DNA from: a virus
Strand: one strand, 5' to 3'
DNA: 45,261 bases
IMG/VR virus record: IMGVR_UViG_3300034127_000011
Location: 1-45,261 of that record
A model generated the notes under the pieces. That model had not been told where the DNA came from. It made no database searches and saw only the letters and a program-made list of their open reading frames with translations. The first letter of the stretch is position 1. Every line of letters begins with the position of its first letter. Of this stretch, positions 42,591-45,261 are shown one piece after another. Position numbers and translations under genes: made by a program.

Positions 42591-43264
42591 TAGATTGGAA
42601 CCCCTGTAGGGCTGACAGGACCGAGCGGTGCAGTTGCCGGCCCGGTGTGCTTGTGGGTGTCACCGACGTTCTTGCCGTTGTGTGTGAGCGTGCCAGGTGG
42701 GCTTATCATGGCGATTCCTGCGGCAGTTAACTCGAACGATACATCACCTTTTGAAATCTTAACGCCGTTAACGCCAAGCGCAATGCAGGTTTCGCCGTCC
42801 ACGGTTTGCCATACCGCATTGTCAGCGTTCGCCCCGTCAATCACCCATGCCTTCAAGGTATCGGGAAAGAACATGGCGTCACTAAACTTGCATTGCCGGG
42901 TTGTGTTTGGCCAGTCTTCAACGCCACCACCCTGCATGATCAAACTGATATCGTTATCGTTGGCAGCCAGCCAACCCAGGTCGCCCACCTTGAGCGGAAA
43001 GCGCATAAAGAACCCACCACCGCCGAAACGGTACACCGGGATGTTTTGAACGTCTGCCCGTTTGACCTTGCTGCCGTCAGTGCCGCCCATCATGACGATA
43101 GGGTGTAGGGTTGCGCGGTTGGTGTCGTCGTCGTAGCTGACCACGCGGGCGGGCACCATGCCATCAACCTCGTTGCGCAGCCAGTTCGCCAAGAACTCGT
43201 TGGTGATACCACCCATGTTGCCCGCGTTGGCCTGCTGGGTGTTGGGCTTGAGAATGTCGCTCAT
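42590..43264 (-). CDS. Baseplate central spike (Gp138-N / Mu gp45-like)
   Basis: 224 aa. It has ARVVSYDDDTNRATLHP...IPVYRFGGGGFFMRFPLKVGDLGWLAANDNDIS, typical of the Gp138 N-terminal domain. Confidence 0.65.
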   Translation of the reverse strand: MSDILKPNTQQANAGNMGGITNEFLANWLRNEVDGMVPARVVSYDDDTNRATLHPIVMMGGTDGSKVKRADVQNIPVYRFGGGGFFMRFPLKVGDLGWLAANDNDISLIMQGGGVEDWPNTTRQCKFSDAMFFPDTLKAWVIDGANADNAVWQTVDGETCIALGVNGVKISKGDVSFELTAAGIAMISPPGTLTHNGKNVGDTHKHTGPATAPLGPVSPTGVPI

Positions 43265-44085
43265 ACGCGGGTCGCCAGCGCGGTATAGAAAAACGGGGTG
43301 TCGTGCGTCGACACGTCGAAAGCCAATTGGGTTATCACATAGTCACCGTTAGCAGCCGGGTTGATTTGCGATTGCAGGCGCAGCATGCCACCAAGAACCG
43401 TATCTCCGTCAATCGTAAAGGTCACTTTCAACCCCTTCTCTGTTGGCTTCGGTACGCCAACCATGCCACTGTTTTTGTTGAGAATACGCACACGACCAGT
43501 CAACGGAATCTGCGCATCTTTAACGACCAACTTCCCGTCGTCGATATAGGCGCTGACCCCGCCAGCCTGTTGCAACAACTCAACCTGCTTTAGCTCGGGG
43601 CCGCTGTGCGTGTAGTTGCCAATGTTCTTATCCTGCGCTTGAAAGTCGAGGTCAACCCCGATGTCATCGGCAATCGACTTGGCAATAGCGCTTAGCTTGC
43701 TCTGCGCCCCGCCAGACTTCGCAGATAGCTTTCCCTTGCTCGCGTTGGCAGTCTTGGCGGTGATGCTGAGTTCGATGTCTGGCGGCATGCTAGGCTCAGC
43801 CGCAGTGATGTCACCAACGAATATGCGCGTCAACCCCGTGGACACCCGCCCAACCTCAAGAATCAGGCGTTTGGGTGTCGGGTTGCTGTTAAACGGACTG
43901 GCCTCGGTGATTAGAAAATCTCGGGTCTGCCGCTTGAGGTTGGTGATAACCACGGTGCAATCATTCTGCTCAGGGTTGGCGTATTTCGTGCCGGTTGCCT
44001 TGACCTTCAAACCCTCATACCAGTTGATGCGCCCGCTGACCTCAATGCCAACGCGTACCCGTCGCAAGTCGACTGCGTTACTCAT
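43261..44085 (-). CDS. Baseplate hub protein (gpD/XkdQ/Mu gp44-like)
   Basis: 274 aa directly upstream of the spike gene. Confidence 0.5.
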   Translation of the reverse strand: MSNAVDLRRVRVGIEVSGRINWYEGLKVKATGTKYANPEQNDCTVVITNLKRQTRDFLITEASPFNSNPTPKRLILEVGRVSTGLTRIFVGDITAAEPSMPPDIELSITAKTANASKGKLSAKSGGAQSKLSAIAKSIADDIGVDLDFQAQDKNIGNYTHSGPELKQVELLQQAGGVSAYIDDGKLVVKDAQIPLTGRVRILNKNSGMVGVPKPTEKGLKVTFTIDGDTVLGGMLRLQSQINPAANGDYVITQLAFDVSTHDTPFFYTALATRV

Positions 44086-44807
44086 ACAAGGCCATACTCC
44101 CGCAGCAAGTTGAGGCTCACTGCTTCAATATCGGAATCACTAAGTGCCCTTTGCCATGTCTTCAAACGAACAATTCCGCCGTTAAGCCCAACCCCGCTGA
44201 GTGTTGCACCTTGACCCCCGAGCGAATTGCGCCCACTTCCAACCGCAGCAGCGCCGGTTGAACCGTTGATTATCGGGGAACTATTCATTTTTATTTTTGA
44301 CGTGTCACCATTGAATACAACAACCAAAACCTGCCACGTTGTTGCGGTATTTCCCGACTCCAAGCGAGTACCCCCACTCGCGTAATAGCCGCTATTTCCC
44401 GGCGCCACGATTTGACTGCCGGACGCAAGCAGGCGGGCTTGAGTTGATGCAAACGCGGATGATTTTACAACCATTGCGTACGTTACCGGCTGCGCCTGTG
44501 CAACAGTCCCTGCGCCGTTGCAAATCTCTTGACTGCCGTTGAACATAACCGCTTTGCCGCCACCGGGGCCACCTGCAAGCGATAGGGTTGGGAAACCCCA
44601 ACCTGTGAACGCGAAATTGTATGTTCTGTTTACCAACGGGGCGACACCCGATGCAATCCATGACGTCACAGTGGCCCCGTCAGCAAGCCCCGTTAAACTG
44701 GCCGCGTTAAGGTCGGCGGTTAGCCCTGTCAACGTGTCGGGTAGCTTTGGTGTACCGGGCAAAGGGGCTGTCATCGCCTTTGGAGCCTTTAAAATTATCG
44801 TGGTCAC
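44082..44807 (-). CDS. LamG / concanavalin-A-like lectin-fold protein
   Basis: 241 aa. It starts at GTG with a strong GGGAGG 9 nt upstream. It has TWQVLVVVFNGDTSKIKMN...GGIVRLKTWQRALSDSDIEAV, typical of Laminin_G_3 domains. Confidence 0.6.
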   Translation of the reverse strand: MTTIILKAPKAMTAPLPGTPKLPDTLTGLTADLNAASLTGLADGATVTSWIASGVAPLVNRTYNFAFTGWGFPTLSLAGGPGGGKAVMFNGSQEICNGAGTVAQAQPVTYAMVVKSSAFASTQARLLASGSQIVAPGNSGYYASGGTRLESGNTATTWQVLVVVFNGDTSKIKMNSSPIINGSTGAAAVGSGRNSLGGQGATLSGVGLNGGIVRLKTWQRALSDSDIEAVSLNLLREYGLV

Positions 44808-44808
44808 T

Positions 44809-45261
44809 CTATTGACCTCCCGTTATGTCGCGGTAGTAGGTTTCCGCTAGTACGCTGCTTCCCGAGCCAACAATAGGGTGCGTATCGTCTGCGCTTATCA
44901 ATGCACGCGCCCCGGTGCTAGCGTACACACTCAACGGGTACGGCAACAGAAAAGAAAAATCAGAGCATGGTATTTTCAAAGGGTAGGCCCATTTGCGCAA
45001 CGCATCTGCATACGCGGACATTGGAAAGGTGCTTGGGCGTATTGTGTCCCAACGAACAACAAGCTTGATATCAACGCCGGGGTAAACTTCTTGGATTGTG
45101 GCGACAATGCTTTGCATATGCGACAGGTACGCGGCGGGGGATACACTCGCGCTCTGATCATTACCCCCGAGCTGCACAATTATCAAATCAAAAACAGGCA
45201 ACAGCCCGAGCACGGCTTTCTGTTGAGCCATCCACGCGGGGTCCTCGGGTTTAGTCCAATC
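44809..45261 (-). CDS. C-terminal part of the same SGNH-esterase tail protein. Bases 45135-45261 duplicate 1-127.
   Basis: The frame matches 1..1609 after the 45,134-nt offset. The sequence has LGGND (SGNH block III) and DDTHP (block V, DxxH). The Met at 45231 in the ORF track is internal. Confidence 0.85.
   Translation of the reverse strand, partial: DWTKPEDPAWMAQQKAVLGLLPVFDLIIVQLGGNDQSASVSPAAYLSHMQSIVATIQEVYPGVDIKLVVRWDTIRPSTFPMSAYADALRKWAYPLKIPCSDFSFLLPYPLSVYASTGARALISADDTHPIVGSGSSVLAETYYRDITGGQ
45135..45261. repeat. Terminal direct repeat, right copy of 1..127
   Basis: Exact 127-nt identity with the window start. Confidence 0.95.

Noticed and set aside
1-45261. tRNA genes, CRISPR arrays, integrase/excisionase, a CI/Cro-type lysogeny switch, transposases
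   Set aside because: I scanned both strands by eye. I saw no cloverleaf-like GTTCGA/T-loop contexts, no regularly spaced repeats with spacers and no recombinase-like ORFs. Absence cannot be proven without tools.

Overview
The window is a complete, closed phage genome of about 45,134 bp. Bases 1-127 are repeated exactly at 45135-45261, and one minus-strand gene reads in frame across that join. All gene calls rest on the ORF track, motif recognition by eye, RBS and overlap context, and gene order. No database search was run.

The phage is a contractile-tailed (myovirus-type) dsDNA phage. An embedded Rz/Rz1 spanin pair points to a Gram-negative host. I found no integrase, CI-like repressor, tRNA, CRISPR array or reverse transcriptase.

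The genome has three blocks:
1. Late operon, minus strand, about 26 kb. It runs from terS (18144) down to base 1, then wraps to 45134 and ends at 37114. It encodes:
- Packaging and head: terS, five small ORFs, terL, portal, MuF-like head morphogenesis protein, protease/scaffold, decoration protein and major capsid.
- Neck and tail: neck proteins, sheath, tube, G/GT chaperone and tape measure.
- A junction-spanning 644-aa SGNH-esterase tail protein and a LamG-like protein.
- Baseplate and fibre: baseplate proteins, tail fibre and its assembly chaperone.
- Lysis: lysis cassette.
2. Early/middle block, minus strand, 30526 to 18463. It encodes an SF2 helicase, a VRR-NUC nuclease, a tandem TetR-type HTH protein, a ParB-like protein, many small unknown proteins, three Rmf/CrpP-like paralogs and a primase-polymerase/SF3 helicase.
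3. Replication operon, plus strand, 30618 to 37117. It encodes a disordered protein, a DUF2800-like nuclease, a DUF2815-like SSB, a family-B DNA polymerase and a short C5-methyltransferase-like protein.

The items most worth follow-up are:
- A family of conserved promoter/operator elements, most of them paired with terminators, that split the early region into cassettes.
- A structured 370-bp leader with three hairpins upstream of the primase gene.
- A dense GGTAAC iteron cluster between the primase-helicase gene and terS.
- A ParB/Srx-like domain at the C-terminus of the portal protein.
- The receptor-modifying SGNH + LamG cassette inside the baseplate module.
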